Shown here one piece after another: positions 1 to 8,391 of a stretch of 28,613 nt of DNA. The position numbers and the translations under genes are program-made. The DNA is from a virus (taxonomy: Duplodnaviria > Caudoviricetes), in IMG/VR virus record IMGVR_UViG_3300020570_000507, positions 1-28,613 of that record, one strand, 5' to 3'. Under the pieces are notes generated by a model, which had not been told where the DNA came from, searched no databases, and worked only from the letters and a program-made list of their open reading frames with translations. Numbering within the stretch: the first letter of the stretch is position 1; the number at the start of each line of letters is the position of its first letter.

Positions 1-21
1 CGTTTAATTTTTCTCTTAGAT

Positions 22-786
22 TCATTTTTCCTGTGTGTCAATTTTATGTTCCGCCTCCAGGAATTCTTTAACAAGATTGGAGCGAATCACATCTTCAATT
101 CCAAATTTAATCAGATCAACTGATGACATTTCGTTTAAGACATCCACAAAATGATTGAAACCCACACGTTCACTTTGTTTTACTAGATCAGATTGCCGGT
201 AATCCCCTGCAAAGAAAATCTTACTGTCTTGCCCAACGCGAGTAATAATGGTAGAAAGGTGGTGATAGTTAAGGTTCTGACATTCATCTACAATTATTAG
301 ACAATTATCAAAAGTGGTTCCTCTAAGAAAGGAAACACACATGAAGTCAATTATCTTTTCACTCTTAAGAAGTCCATAGATCATTTCAAATTCTTCATCA
401 GTTGAAAGAACAAACATGGATTGCACCATTTGCTTATAAGGAGCCTCAAATGGTGCAATCTTTTCTGCTACATTACCAGGAACAAAGCCAATTTCAAGTG
501 ACTGTACTGTAGATCTAACAATGAGAATCTTATCATAAGGAGTTCTTTCGTTGAGAACTTCTCTGAGGGCATTATAAAGAAGAACGTGTGTTTTTCCTGT
601 ACCTGGTGATCCGTAAGCTAAAATATTTTGTCCTCGTTCATAAGAATCAAAAAGTTTGGCCTGGTTATCAGTAAGCGGGTGCATTTTATGCAACAGCTCT
701 GAATTAATTGTTCTGCCATTTCGTCTTTGATTTTTACCGTAGCCTAAAGAAGTTCGTTCGGATGTGGCCCTTCTTTTACGAGTCAT
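22..786 (-). CDS. phoH: PhoH-family ATPase
   Basis: Walker A GSPGTGKT, IGFVPG, FLRGTTF, IIVDECQN, ITRVG, GDYRQSDL and DVIRS motifs; typical cyanomyovirus gene. Confidence 0.95.
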   Translation of the reverse strand: MTRKRRATSERTSLGYGKNQRRNGRTINSELLHKMHPLTDNQAKLFDSYERGQNILAYGSPGTGKTHVLLYNALREVLNERTPYDKILIVRSTVQSLEIGFVPGNVAEKIAPFEAPYKQMVQSMFVLSTDEEFEMIYGLLKSEKIIDFMCVSFLRGTTFDNCLIIVDECQNLNYHHLSTIITRVGQDSKIFFAGDYRQSDLVKQSERVGFNHFVDVLNEMSSVDLIKFGIEDVIRSNLVKEFLEAEHKIDTQEK

Positions 787-807
787 AGGTTTTTGTGTGT
801 TTGTTTG

Positions 808-1059
808 TTAGATTTTACCAATTTGGCTCTTTGTGCCGGCTGATTTATTTACCTTTTGTAGGACTTCATTCCATCCTGGGTTCTTTTTAATGAGCTTATC
901 CTTCCACTCCCCCGTTTCGATAAATCCGGCAGCACCTCCTTCTGCCCAATTTCGGACCCACGGCTTGTTATTTTCATACCAGGGCATAATATCGTGAACG
1001 CTCATCTCAATAACTTTAGTCTCACCAGTTTCTTTATTAATAATCGGGAAAATTGCCAT
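808..1059 (-). CDS. conserved cyanophage hypothetical protein
   Basis: 83-aa ORF between thyX and phoH; GEWKDKL..PGWNEVL pattern; late promoter upstream. Confidence 0.75.
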   Translation of the reverse strand: MAIFPIINKETGETKVIEMSVHDIMPWYENNKPWVRNWAEGGAAGFIETGEWKDKLIKKNPGWNEVLQKVNKSAGTKSQIGKI

Positions 1060-1092
1060 TTTTGTTTGTAGTTCTTAAGTATTTATTGGTAA

Positions 1093-1752
1093 TTAGATAA
1101 CCCAATCAGTATTGGCTCCACCCAAAGCGTCTGCAATAACAGGAAAACAATCTACAAAAATAGCCTTACATGCTTTTGCTACTTCCTGGTGTTCTAACTG
1201 AGTTCCATTCTTTTCTCTAAGTGCAATATATGTGATCCATGATCTAAGACTCCCTTTCATATAAAGCCTGGTCATAGTTGCCCCCGGAAGAACCATTCGG
1301 GCACTTTCTTTTGCGACTCCAAGACTCAAAAGTTTCTTATAAAGATTACGCGAAACCTCAAAATGTTGTCTAATTTCTTCTTGCAATGTGAGTTTTAAAT
1401 AATCACCTAAATCATCTGTCGAGTTTTGCCTATTCTTAGTATCTTGCTTTCTTAAATCTGGAACTGGAATTTCCAGGTCTAATTCGGTAGCATCGGCATA
1501 TCTTTGCGAAAATTGCTGAAATTCAAAGCTCCGATGACGAAGAATCTGAGTTGCAATGGGTAGTTGACAGTTAATCTCTACCGTCATATCTGCCATCTGA
1601 AAAATACTCCAGTGCTTTTCTCTGATGCAATACTTAAGAAGACCATTAAAATCTTCATTATCTTGATTTTTAGGATTGGATACTCTTGCGCAATATGCAA
1701 TTAACTTTTCTGCATCTTGTGTATGTGAAACTAATTCAACTTTGCTGCTCAT
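1093..1752 (-). CDS. thyX: flavin-dependent thymidylate synthase
   Basis: ARVSN, HWSIF, QILRHRSFEFQQFSQRY (ThyX motif RHRX7SXR), ESARMVLP, TQLEH. Confidence 0.96.
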   Translation of the reverse strand: MSSKVELVSHTQDAEKLIAYCARVSNPKNQDNEDFNGLLKYCIREKHWSIFQMADMTVEINCQLPIATQILRHRSFEFQQFSQRYADATELDLEIPVPDLRKQDTKNRQNSTDDLGDYLKLTLQEEIRQHFEVSRNLYKKLLSLGVAKESARMVLPGATMTRLYMKGSLRSWITYIALREKNGTQLEHQEVAKACKAIFVDCFPVIADALGGANTDWVI

Positions 1753-1918
1753 CTTTATTCATCTTACGTGATTTCTTTAGGTCCTTAACAAGAAGTTTAA
1801 TCTCACTATATGCTTCATCTTCTGTCATTTTGTCTCCAATTTCGAGACCAACAATGATTCCAATTCTATCTGCAAATGCTGCAAGATGTTTCTCAAAAGA
1901 TGTCAAATCATATGCCAT
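1736..1918 (-). CDS. hypothetical protein
   Basis: 60-aa ORF overlapping both neighbours in an operon. Confidence 0.7.
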   Translation of the reverse strand: MAYDLTSFEKHLAAFADRIGIIVGLEIGDKMTEDEAYSEIKLLVKDLKKSRKMNKDEQQS

Positions 1919-2130
1919 TAATCTTCCTCCAAATATTCGGGTTCTTCAAATTCTTTTTGTATATTTTGCATCATATCCTCAAGTCTGATTACATTATTTT
2001 GCTCATCCTCAACGATAATCTCATCTTCAAGTAGTTCAACAATATTCTTTAAATTCTGAATTAGAAGTTTAAGGGTCTTATTGTTAAGCTTTTCTTTGGC
2101 TGGCTCGTTTGAGCTATAGTATCCTAGCAT
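1918..2130 (-). CDS. hypothetical protein (start uncertain)
   Basis: 70-aa acidic ORF; the ATG overlaps a sigma70-like promoter, so the true start may be downstream. Confidence 0.65.
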   Translation of the reverse strand: MLGYYSSNEPAKEKLNNKTLKLLIQNLKNIVELLEDEIIVEDEQNNVIRLEDMMQNIQKEFEEPEYLEED

Positions 2131-2149
2131 AGGTTCTCCTGTTTGTCAA
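2121..2149 (-). promoter_or_regulatory. sigma70-like promoter
   Basis: TTGACA-17 nt-TAGGAT on the minus strand. Confidence 0.55.
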
Positions 2150-2169
2150 GCCCCCTCTGGAGGCAGTGT

Positions 2170-2505
2170 TTATCGGGCAATATCTTTTATTGTATGGTGC
2201 TGACAATTAATATTCTGTAAAATGTATTGAACACCAAGATTAGAATCTGCCTTTCCGCAAGTGAAAATATCAAATGCAGCTTTTCCTTTCTCCGGAAAGG
2301 TATGCACAGAAATATGAGATTCAGATAGTAATAAAATGGCAGTAACTCCTTGTGGTTCAAATTTATGAGACATGCAATTCAAAACTGTTGCTCCACACTT
2401 TTCGGCTGCTACTCTTAAGACTTGAATAAGAAATTGCTCGTCATTAAGTAGATTGAAATCACAACCGTAAACGTTTAACAAACAGTGATGACCCATGCTA
2501 CTCAT
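2170..2505 (-). CDS. speD: S-adenosylmethionine decarboxylase proenzyme (prokaryotic class 1B)
   Basis: HKFEPQGVTAILLLSESHISVHTFPE..DIFTCG with the ESH cleavage site; start at ATG 2505 (GGAGG upstream) or 2496. Confidence 0.92.
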   Translation of the reverse strand: MSSMGHHCLLNVYGCDFNLLNDEQFLIQVLRVAAEKCGATVLNCMSHKFEPQGVTAILLLSESHISVHTFPEKGKAAFDIFTCGKADSNLGVQYILQNINCQHHTIKDIAR

Positions 2506-2665
2506 CAGGAGTGTCCTCCAACAGTTTAGAAACAATTTGTTCAGTTCCGTCAAGATTTTTCATTTCGTATAACCGACTCCGCATATAACGTTTAACTTTC
2601 TTGTATCTCTTAAGAAGTTTATCCAACTCCTTCTCATTAATAATAGCCTTGGCAAAACCACTCAT
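2498..2665 (-). CDS. small hypothetical protein, 55 aa (not in ORF track)
   Basis: Hand-translated MSGFAKAIINEKELDKLLKRYKKVKRYMRSRLYEMKNLDGTEQIVSKLLEDTPDE; ATGA overlap with the upstream gene. Confidence 0.75.
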   Translation of the reverse strand: MSGFAKAIINEKELDKLLKRYKKVKRYMRSRLYEMKNLDGTEQIVSKLLEDTPDE

Positions 2666-2952
2666 CGTTTCCAGTTTCTAGGGTTAATTTTTCCATTAGA
2701 ATGCTCAATTTTATAAATATGATTTCCAAACATATCATAATAAAGGTCAAAGACCGTTACCATTTTTGAAGAACGGCAGATGTCAATGCGAGTTCCTTCG
2801 GTATCACTATACTCAACAATATGTGCATCTGAAGGCAATTCATTAAGATTTATGTCATCTCTATTCACATCGCTCAATAGAATTTCACAATGATAATTGC
2901 TAGGTAAAGTGTTCAGCTCTTCGGTCGTCCACGGTTCGGACTTATTACTCAT
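2662..2952 (-). CDS. hypothetical protein
   Basis: 96-aa ORF, translationally coupled at both ends. Confidence 0.75.
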   Translation of the reverse strand: MSNKSEPWTTEELNTLPSNYHCEILLSDVNRDDINLNELPSDAHIVEYSDTEGTRIDICRSSKMVTVFDLYYDMFGNHIYKIEHSNGKINPRNWKR

Positions 2953-3806
2953 TTTTTATTCTCCATTTCTTTATAAAACTCATAGGCTCTTACAGTTTGA
3001 ATGATTTCTCGGGTTGCGTTTGAGTTTCTTCCAACTTCATAGCGAACGTTCTCATTCACATCTCGGGCAAGAATTGTTAGAGTTTCGGGTGGTGTGTTGG
3101 GGTTGAGTGCAACAAACCGGCGAACCATAGAATTCTCATCTCGGGCAAGAATTGTTAGAGTTTCGGGTGGTGTGTTGGGGTTGTATGCAACTTTACAGCG
3201 AACAAGACAATTCTCATCTCGGGCAAGAATTGTTAGAGTTTCGGGTGGTGTGTTGGGGTTGTTTGCAACTCTCCAGCGAACATAAGAATCCTCATCTCGG
3301 GCAAGAATTGTTAGAGTTTCGGGTGGTGTGTTGGGGTTTTGTGCAAGTTCTTTTCGTTCTTGAAGAGGAAGTTTACTAAGATTGGGAGTTACCTTAAGCA
3401 CTTTGACCGAATGTGCAAATTTGTAGACTGGATGTGCAGTTTTGTAGCCTGCGCACGCTGCCGCAGCCGTGTGCCCAACAGGCACACCACAGCGAACCGC
3501 GTCAAGCTCTATAACACTCGGACCCTCCCCCTCCTTCAAGGTGGTGCTGGCGATAAGTCTCACAACCACATCTTCATCTCGGGCAAGAATTGTTAGAGTT
3601 TCGGGTGGTGTGTTGGGGTTATATGCAAGGTCTTCCCGTTCTTGAGGAGGAAGTTTAGTAACGTCTAGAATATGCGCATAAAAAGCCCTGCTGGCTGCTT
3701 CGAACGCATTGTGCCAATCCGAGCCCAATAGGGTACGACTTTGCTCAGTCTGGCGAAGCTGTAGCAACCGAGCCAAAGCTGTGCGAATGTCTGGAGTGTA
3801 GTTCAT
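2949..3806 (-). CDS. leucine-rich-repeat-variant (LRV/HEAT-like) repeat protein
   Basis: Five NPNTPPETLTILARD repeats (26-aa period), a C-cap IQTVRAYEFY and two GC-rich non-repeat segments. Confidence 0.85.
   Translation of the reverse strand: MNYTPDIRTALARLLQLRQTEQSRTLLGSDWHNAFEAASRAFYAHILDVTKLPPQEREDLAYNPNTPPETLTILARDEDVVVRLIASTTLKEGEGPSVIELDAVRCGVPVGHTAAAACAGYKTAHPVYKFAHSVKVLKVTPNLSKLPLQERKELAQNPNTPPETLTILARDEDSYVRWRVANNPNTPPETLTILARDENCLVRCKVAYNPNTPPETLTILARDENSMVRRFVALNPNTPPETLTILARDVNENVRYEVGRNSNATREIIQTVRAYEFYKEMENKK
3059..3338. repeat. 78-bp coding tandem repeat with a 46-bp invariant core
   Basis: catctcgggcaagaattgttagagtttcgggtggtgtgttggggtt is identical at 3059, 3137, 3215, 3293 and 3575; 1 mismatch at 13272; partial at 13445. 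Confidence 0.97.
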
Positions 3807-3831
3807 TTGTTGGGTTGGTTTGTGTGAAAAT

Positions 3832-3889
3832 AATCTAGGTCAAGTTGTAGGTTTTGTCAAGCGGTAGTGGACATTTTAAAGAGTGTCAC
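3832..3889 (-). promoter_or_regulatory. early promoter with upstream bipartite motif
   Basis: GTGACAC..AAATGTCCACT, then TTGACA-17-TAGATT. Confidence 0.75.
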
Positions 3890-4080
3890 AAATACTCAGG
3901 CGGATCATATGGCTCCTCAAACATTTCTCTTGAGCGCATCTTTATGGCTCTTTGGGTTAATGATTCCAGCGAAGTTTCTTCAATAAATGTTACACTTAGA
4001 AGTCGCTCACCATTTTTAACATCAATCAGTTCGGGGTGACTAGAAACTTCAAATAGAATCCAACGGGTTCTTATAATCAT
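3886..4080 (-). CDS. hypothetical protein
   Basis: 64-aa ORF; start uncertain because it overlaps the 4049-4204 ORF. Confidence 0.5.
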   Translation of the reverse strand: MIIRTRWILFEVSSHPELIDVKNGERLLSVTFIEETSLESLTQRAIKMRSREMFEEPYDPPEYL

Positions 4081-4204
4081 TGAATAGGTCTTTGCCGGTT
4101 GTTAGAATTGAGCAAGCACGTTTATAGAAAAAGCAATCGGTTTTACCGGATTCTTCTAAAACATCTTTAATCTTTTGCCAGTTTTGTAGAGTGTGTTCGT
4201 CCAT
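4049..4204 (-). CDS. small cyanophage-type protein, 51 aa (not in ORF track)
   Basis: Hand-translated MDEHTLQNWQKIKDVLEESGKTDCFFYKRACSILTTGKDLFNDYKNPLDSI; TAATG coupling. Confidence 0.8.
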   Translation of the reverse strand: MDEHTLQNWQKIKDVLEESGKTDCFFYKRACSILTTGKDLFNDYKNPLDSI

Positions 4205-4458
4205 TAGATGTCTCCGAATTCATTGAAAATGTTAGCTTCCCACCATTCAAACTCGTCTTGAATTTTACTCTTGGCCTTGTTATATTCAGACTCATTTAGA
4301 CACCCCGGATTCTGATAAAGAACTTTCATACTATCAAGGGAGTCTTGAAGTTTTTGAATGTAGTCAAATTTATCTCTTCGTTTAATGTATTGTTCTAGAG
4401 TTTCAATTTCACCATCTGGGTATGTGAAAATTTCAGCCAGAGAATCAAAGATTATCAT
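4204..4458 (-). CDS. hypothetical protein
   Basis: 84-aa coupled ORF. Confidence 0.7.
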   Translation of the reverse strand: MIIFDSLAEIFTYPDGEIETLEQYIKRRDKFDYIQKLQDSLDSMKVLYQNPGCLNESEYNKAKSKIQDEFEWWEANIFNEFGDI

Positions 4459-4811
4459 AAGTTTTCAAATAAAGGAATAAATGTCAAGGGCTTGTCCGAT
4501 TCAATAAGAAGATGTGCCGCGATTATTTCGTTCTCATAGTGACTAAGACAATTGCGAGTTTTCTCACCCACAACGACGACAGATAAATCTTCTGCACTAT
4601 TTTTGGCCGACCTCCAATTTGCATAAGCAATATAATTTTCTCTACCCACACAGATAGATTTTTGGGAACGGCTGAGATTCTCCTGATAAATCCAAAAATT
4701 AAGAAGGGTCTTATAATTTGGTCCAAAATATTTTTCAGGATCAGTTAGAGCATCTTCTTCCCCAAGACGCAAACTTATAAGTCTATGGCGGTCTGAAATG
4801 TGATTCATCAA
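4455..4811 (-). CDS. hypothetical protein
   Basis: 118-aa ORF directly downstream of an early promoter; PEKYFGPNYKTLLNFW pattern. Confidence 0.75.
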   Translation of the reverse strand: MMNHISDRHRLISLRLGEEDALTDPEKYFGPNYKTLLNFWIYQENLSRSQKSICVGRENYIAYANWRSAKNSAEDLSVVVVGEKTRNCLSHYENEIIAAHLLIESDKPLTFIPLFENL

Positions 4812-4829
4812 GTTTTTGAATGTGCAATC

Positions 4830-4886
4830 ACAATAACAGGCCCACCAGGCAAGAGATCAAAAAGTAGACAGCTTAAAAAGTGTCAC
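4830..4886 (-). promoter_or_regulatory. early promoter motif copy
   Basis: GTGACAC..AGCTGTCTACT-27 nt-TATTGT. Confidence 0.6.
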
Positions 4887-5134
4887 CGCTCATCAAAAAC
4901 CATCTTCCGAACACCGCGCCTCTTTCTTTCCTCTTGCCAGGCAAGATCAGTCTGCGAGAGAACATTATTCTTTTTATTCTGGGTTCCGTTGGAAACAATT
5001 ATAATTCTAGAAAGGTCAACAGCGGAGATATTTTCTCCTCTGATTGTTGCCATATTTGAACAACCACAAACGGCATATTGACCCGGCTTGGCTTGCACTT
5101 CGGTATTGCAATCAAGGCATCGTATTTTTAGCAT
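4883..5134 (-). CDS. small Zn-ribbon-like cyanophage protein
   Basis: CxxC..CGCxN; DLAWQEERKRRGVRKMVFDER. Confidence 0.75.
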   Translation of the reverse strand: MLKIRCLDCNTEVQAKPGQYAVCGCSNMATIRGENISAVDLSRIIIVSNGTQNKKNNVLSQTDLAWQEERKRRGVRKMVFDER

Positions 5135-5163
5135 AACAAATCACTAATAATTAGTGATTCTAT

Positions 5164-5400
5164 TTAGTGCTTCATAATTGACTTGATGCCCTTGAGCATT
5201 CTCTTTTTTCGGTCTTTGATACTCTTTTCAATGGCCTTTCTTCCGCTCATCTTTAAAACTTCGTCTGGAGTTAAATTTGGGCGACTTGGAACATTAATTT
5301 CAGTTGCCACTGTATTTGCGGCAAGTTCGTGTGCTGCAATAAGTCTTTGAATCTCTTTAGACTTTTTACTCTCTTTTAAAAATTGCTCGAAAGATTTCAT
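5164..5400 (-). CDS. basic hypothetical protein, possibly virion-internal
   Basis: N-terminal MKSFEQFLKE resembles leaders of T4-like internal head proteins (inference). Confidence 0.6.
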   Translation of the reverse strand: MKSFEQFLKESKKSKEIQRLIAAHELAANTVATEINVPSRPNLTPDEVLKMSGRKAIEKSIKDRKKRMLKGIKSIMKH

Positions 5401-5840
5401 TTCAGATAAGACCCCAACTTATAAACATTCTTACCATGAGTCTCCATTAAATCTTGAACAATATTAGATGTGGCATAGATGCGCTGCTTATCAGCTTCTT
5501 CCGAGACATCCTTGAGCATTTCTATAAATTTTTCGTTATCCGAAAATAACTGATCAACCATTCCTCTTGCATCAATTTCTTGATTGGCATTAGCGGGACC
5601 GTCAATTGTGGATACCTCGGCAATTCGTTCTAGACTTGAAATTGGCCGGAGATTCAGATATTTCATATGCTCACTAAGACGATCAATTTCACCGAACATC
5701 TCTGTGTACTGTTCACCAAAAAGTTCGTGTAACTGAACGAAATCAGTTCCACAAACGTTGTGATGGTAGTTCCACGTTTTCTGAAACAAGACAAACAAAG
5801 ATGCTTGGGCATCACTTAATAGTTTAAATAGCTTTTCCAT
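5397..5840 (-). CDS. dps: Dps/ferritin-like DNA-protection protein
   Basis: KTWNYHHNVCGTDFVQLHELFGEQY..IDRLSEH ferroxidase-centre pattern; late promoter at 5856-5862. Confidence 0.9.
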   Translation of the reverse strand: MEKLFKLLSDAQASLFVLFQKTWNYHHNVCGTDFVQLHELFGEQYTEMFGEIDRLSEHMKYLNLRPISSLERIAEVSTIDGPANANQEIDARGMVDQLFSDNEKFIEMLKDVSEEADKQRIYATSNIVQDLMETHGKNVYKLGSYLK

Positions 5841-5855
5841 CTATTCTTTTTAGAC

Positions 5856-5862
5856 TATTTAG
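5856..5862 (-). promoter_or_regulatory. T4-type late promoter (A/C)TAAATA
   Basis: CTAAATA shortly before dps. Similar minus-strand copies at 1080, 5161, 6664, 11327, 21156, 21314, 22088, 24442 and 26595, and a plus-strand copy at 24531. Confidence 0.7.
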
Positions 5863-5866
5863 CTAT

Positions 5867-6598
5867 CTAGACGATATGAAGAGAAGTTCCACATTCCGAA
5901 CAGAATTTAGCCGTTGCGGGATTTATCGTCCCGCAAGTTTTACATTCTAACTTTGTCTTAACAGTTACTGGTTCTCTGATTTTCTTATTCTCTTCTGTTT
6001 CGCCCAACATCTTGATGGTCAAGACACCGGCATTACCGATTGAACCTTTCCATTTAGTTGTGCTAAACTTCTGTTCACTCTTAGAGCCTTCAACGGTTAT
6101 TCCGGTTTCACTTAGAGAACGAGTTGTATTGGCAGATATACTCTTAGTTTGAAAATTATCACCATACACTGCATTAGTGGTGGACATTGGCACGCCACTA
6201 TAATACTTAATGGGAACTGTTGGACGCGAATATGTCCACTCGGGAACGATAAACTCAAACTCATAATGGATCGTAATTAAACCATCTTCTAGTTTAATCC
6301 CACGGTGATTTTCAATTTTATTTGTTCTTTCAATAAATTTGAAACGATTCCCTTCAGTGAGATTACCATTTCGGATAAATCTTTCCAGGTCTACCGTTTC
6401 CGATGTATTTAAAATTAATCCACCGCCTGTTACATTTTCACCATCAATTTCTATGGTAACTTTTGCCCTGGAATAGTTGAGATTTTTTAGTCGGATTTCA
6501 TATTCAGAACCAAATGGCAGATAAACAGCATCTCCAAATTCTCTTAAAATTTTGCCGTTTACTTTAATTGCCGCTGCAAAGTTGTGTGAGTACATCAT
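5867..6598 (-). CDS. hypothetical protein with C-terminal zinc ribbon
   Basis: ATG at 6598 (MMYSHN); C-terminal CKTCG..AKFCSECG. Confidence 0.8.
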   Translation of the reverse strand: MMYSHNFAAAIKVNGKILREFGDAVYLPFGSEYEIRLKNLNYSRAKVTIEIDGENVTGGGLILNTSETVDLERFIRNGNLTEGNRFKFIERTNKIENHRGIKLEDGLITIHYEFEFIVPEWTYSRPTVPIKYYSGVPMSTTNAVYGDNFQTKSISANTTRSLSETGITVEGSKSEQKFSTTKWKGSIGNAGVLTIKMLGETEENKKIREPVTVKTKLECKTCGTINPATAKFCSECGTSLHIV

Positions 6599-6610
6599 TG
6601 TTTTCTTTAA

Positions 6611-6656
6611 GAGCACACAGACTAAATGCTCGTTTTTGGTTAGTGTTAAAGTCTGT
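6611..6656 (-). promoter_or_regulatory. candidate structured 5' leader (two interleaved helices)
   Basis: ACAGACU/AGUCUGU and GAGCA/UGCUC lie between the late promoter and the ATG. Confidence 0.4.
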
Positions 6657-6674
6657 CAGTTTTTATTTAGGCTT

Positions 6675-7037
6675 TTAAAGCAACTTCAAATGGCCAGTAA
6701 TGTCTTGAAGTTCTTCTTTTGTTGCCGGACCAATGGCACAACATGTAAGTGTTGGAACGCCATTAAATTCGGTTAATCCAGAGTCTTCAATAAGAGCGCA
6801 AATTTTGCCGGTTTGATAGGCTTTCTCATAGACTTCCAATAACTCTTCCTTAGAGTCCACCGACACACAAATTTTGGTAAAGTCTCCACTCAACCATTGT
6901 TTAACTCTATAGTCTATTTGGTTTTCAATGGTAGCTTTAAGAGAAGCATGACATGCCTGGGCAATCATTTTACCTTTGCGCATATTCAAGTCCTTGCGAA
7001 TTACAAGGACTTGTTGTAATTTGGATTGTTCAGTCAT
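6675..7037 (-). CDS. pth2: peptidyl-tRNA hydrolase, Pth2 (archaeal/eukaryal-type) family
   Basis: QVLVIRKDLNMRKGKMIAQACHAS, KICV, IEDSGLTE, TCCAIGP, ITGHLKLL. Confidence 0.93.
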   Translation of the reverse strand: MTEQSKLQQVLVIRKDLNMRKGKMIAQACHASLKATIENQIDYRVKQWLSGDFTKICVSVDSKEELLEVYEKAYQTGKICALIEDSGLTEFNGVPTLTCCAIGPATKEELQDITGHLKLL

Positions 7038-7052
7038 TAGATTTCCCCATTT

Positions 7053-7271
7053 CTAACAATAAGCAACTCTAATAATCTCAAGACCTGGATATTGTTTTTT
7101 AGCAATATCCTCTGCTTCTTGATGATTGCACTTTTCATTAACACCATGTTCAACCTTGACATAAACATAGATTTCTTTACCCGTTGAGAAACGAACCTGG
7201 TATTGTTCATTAAAATACTGTTCACGGTCTCGTTTTCTTTTTATTATTGTCTGATGTTTTTTGCTAATCAT
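7053..7271 (-). CDS. hypothetical protein
   Basis: 72-aa ORF coupled (ATGA) to the upstream gene. Confidence 0.6.
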   Translation of the reverse strand: MISKKHQTIIKRKRDREQYFNEQYQVRFSTGKEIYVYVKVEHGVNEKCNHQEAEDIAKKQYPGLEIIRVAYC

Positions 7272-7465
7272 TTGATGAGTTCAATAATACAGTCATCAAT
7301 CATAGAATTGGTCATATGGAGTTCACCATTTGGAGTGTCAAAACGAGCAACTTCAAATTTATGCAGTTGTTCTAAAAAATTACTGAGTTCTTTGTATCTT
7401 TTCTCGTCATATGGAACTTCGTTCCCTTCAAACTTTCCATACTTGGAATGAATAATCAGTTTCAT
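7268..7465 (-). CDS. hypothetical protein
   Basis: 65-aa ORF with a GGAG RBS, first gene after an early promoter. Confidence 0.7.
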   Translation of the reverse strand: MKLIIHSKYGKFEGNEVPYDEKRYKELSNFLEQLHKFEVARFDTPNGELHMTNSMIDDCIIELIK

Positions 7466-7490
7466 CGGGCTTCTCCGTGTTTATGGAAAT

Positions 7491-7534
7491 ATAATAACAT
7501 GAAAACCGTTTACGGCGAAAGTTGTGTGCCAGTT
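7491..7534 (-). promoter_or_regulatory. early promoter motif copy
   Basis: AACTGGCACAC-27 nt-TATTAT. Confidence 0.7.
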
Positions 7535-7548
7535 TTAGATGCGAACAT

Positions 7549-8388
7549 TCAAATTAATGTTAAATCTATACCGTGAGTGTCATACCACCATTCTGCGGTT
7601 TTATCCGGGTGCTTATCTTTAATTTTTAAATACCTTGAAATTATTTTACTCTGCCGTTCAATTTCATCAGTAAAAAATTTATGATCAATGGTTTCTCCAC
7701 TTTTATGGAGCTGGCGTAGTAATTTACGCAAAATATATTCTTGTTTTCGATTTCCAGGAGTATAACCAGCTTCTATTATTTTATAAATGGCTCCCTTTAG
7801 AGTTTCTGTTGCGCTTTTCACTGGATTGCCTAGAATACTTTCAATTCTCTCCAAACCAAACCCAACATCAATAAATTGACCAGAAGTATTAACGATGTTA
7901 CCAATCTCAATTCCATTTTTATAAAATTCAGTGCAATAACCTCCAAGATCACCATCACTCCATACACATTCTGAATCGTATCTAATTTCTAGGTCAGGAT
8001 AATCTGAATAAAAACATTTCCAAGAATCATATTTATCTGGATGTATAGTCACATAATCAATTGAAATATCTAATATGTCATTAAAAAATCCCATCCAAAA
8101 ATGGATAGTTTGCTGCATGGTCATTTCACCAAAAGAAAAAAGACCCAACATATTAAAATATAATAAGTGAGAGCCATCTCCAATTTCAACTAAATCTTGT
8201 AGGCGAATGCAAGATTGACTATTAGCGACAGTGGTATTGTCTGGATTTTTAAACTTGTTTTTAAACTGCTGCATTCCTGCTGGACAAAATAACGTAGTCT
8301 CATCATAAGACTTTACATTATCATCTACCTTAAAGAAAATATTATTACTTTCACAATAACTTTTATAGAGTTCAATTACTTTGTTCAT
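7549..8388 (-). CDS. alaS: minimal alanyl-tRNA synthetase (catalytic domain only)
   Basis: TLFCPAGMQQFK, SQSCIR..D..EIGDGSHLLYFNMLGLFSFG, EIGNIV, IDVGFGLERI, YILRKLLR; 279 aa, no editing or C-Ala domain. Confidence 0.88.
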   Translation of the reverse strand: MNKVIELYKSYCESNNIFFKVDDNVKSYDETTLFCPAGMQQFKNKFKNPDNTTVANSQSCIRLQDLVEIGDGSHLLYFNMLGLFSFGEMTMQQTIHFWMGFFNDILDISIDYVTIHPDKYDSWKCFYSDYPDLEIRYDSECVWSDGDLGGYCTEFYKNGIEIGNIVNTSGQFIDVGFGLERIESILGNPVKSATETLKGAIYKIIEAGYTPGNRKQEYILRKLLRQLHKSGETIDHKFFTDEIERQSKIISRYLKIKDKHPDKTAEWWYDTHGIDLTLI

Positions 8389-8391
8389 TTT

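Noticed and set aside
3059-3338. CRISPR array (46-bp repeats with 32-bp spacers)
   Set aside because: The spacers resemble each other, the 78-bp period keeps an open frame encoding LRV repeats, and no cas genes are present.
7037-7225. Alternative-frame ORF overlapping 7053-7271
   Set aside because: It lies almost fully inside a gene that is coupled to its upstream neighbour. Similar nested ORFs 4523-4726 and 19544-19726 are rejected for the same reason.
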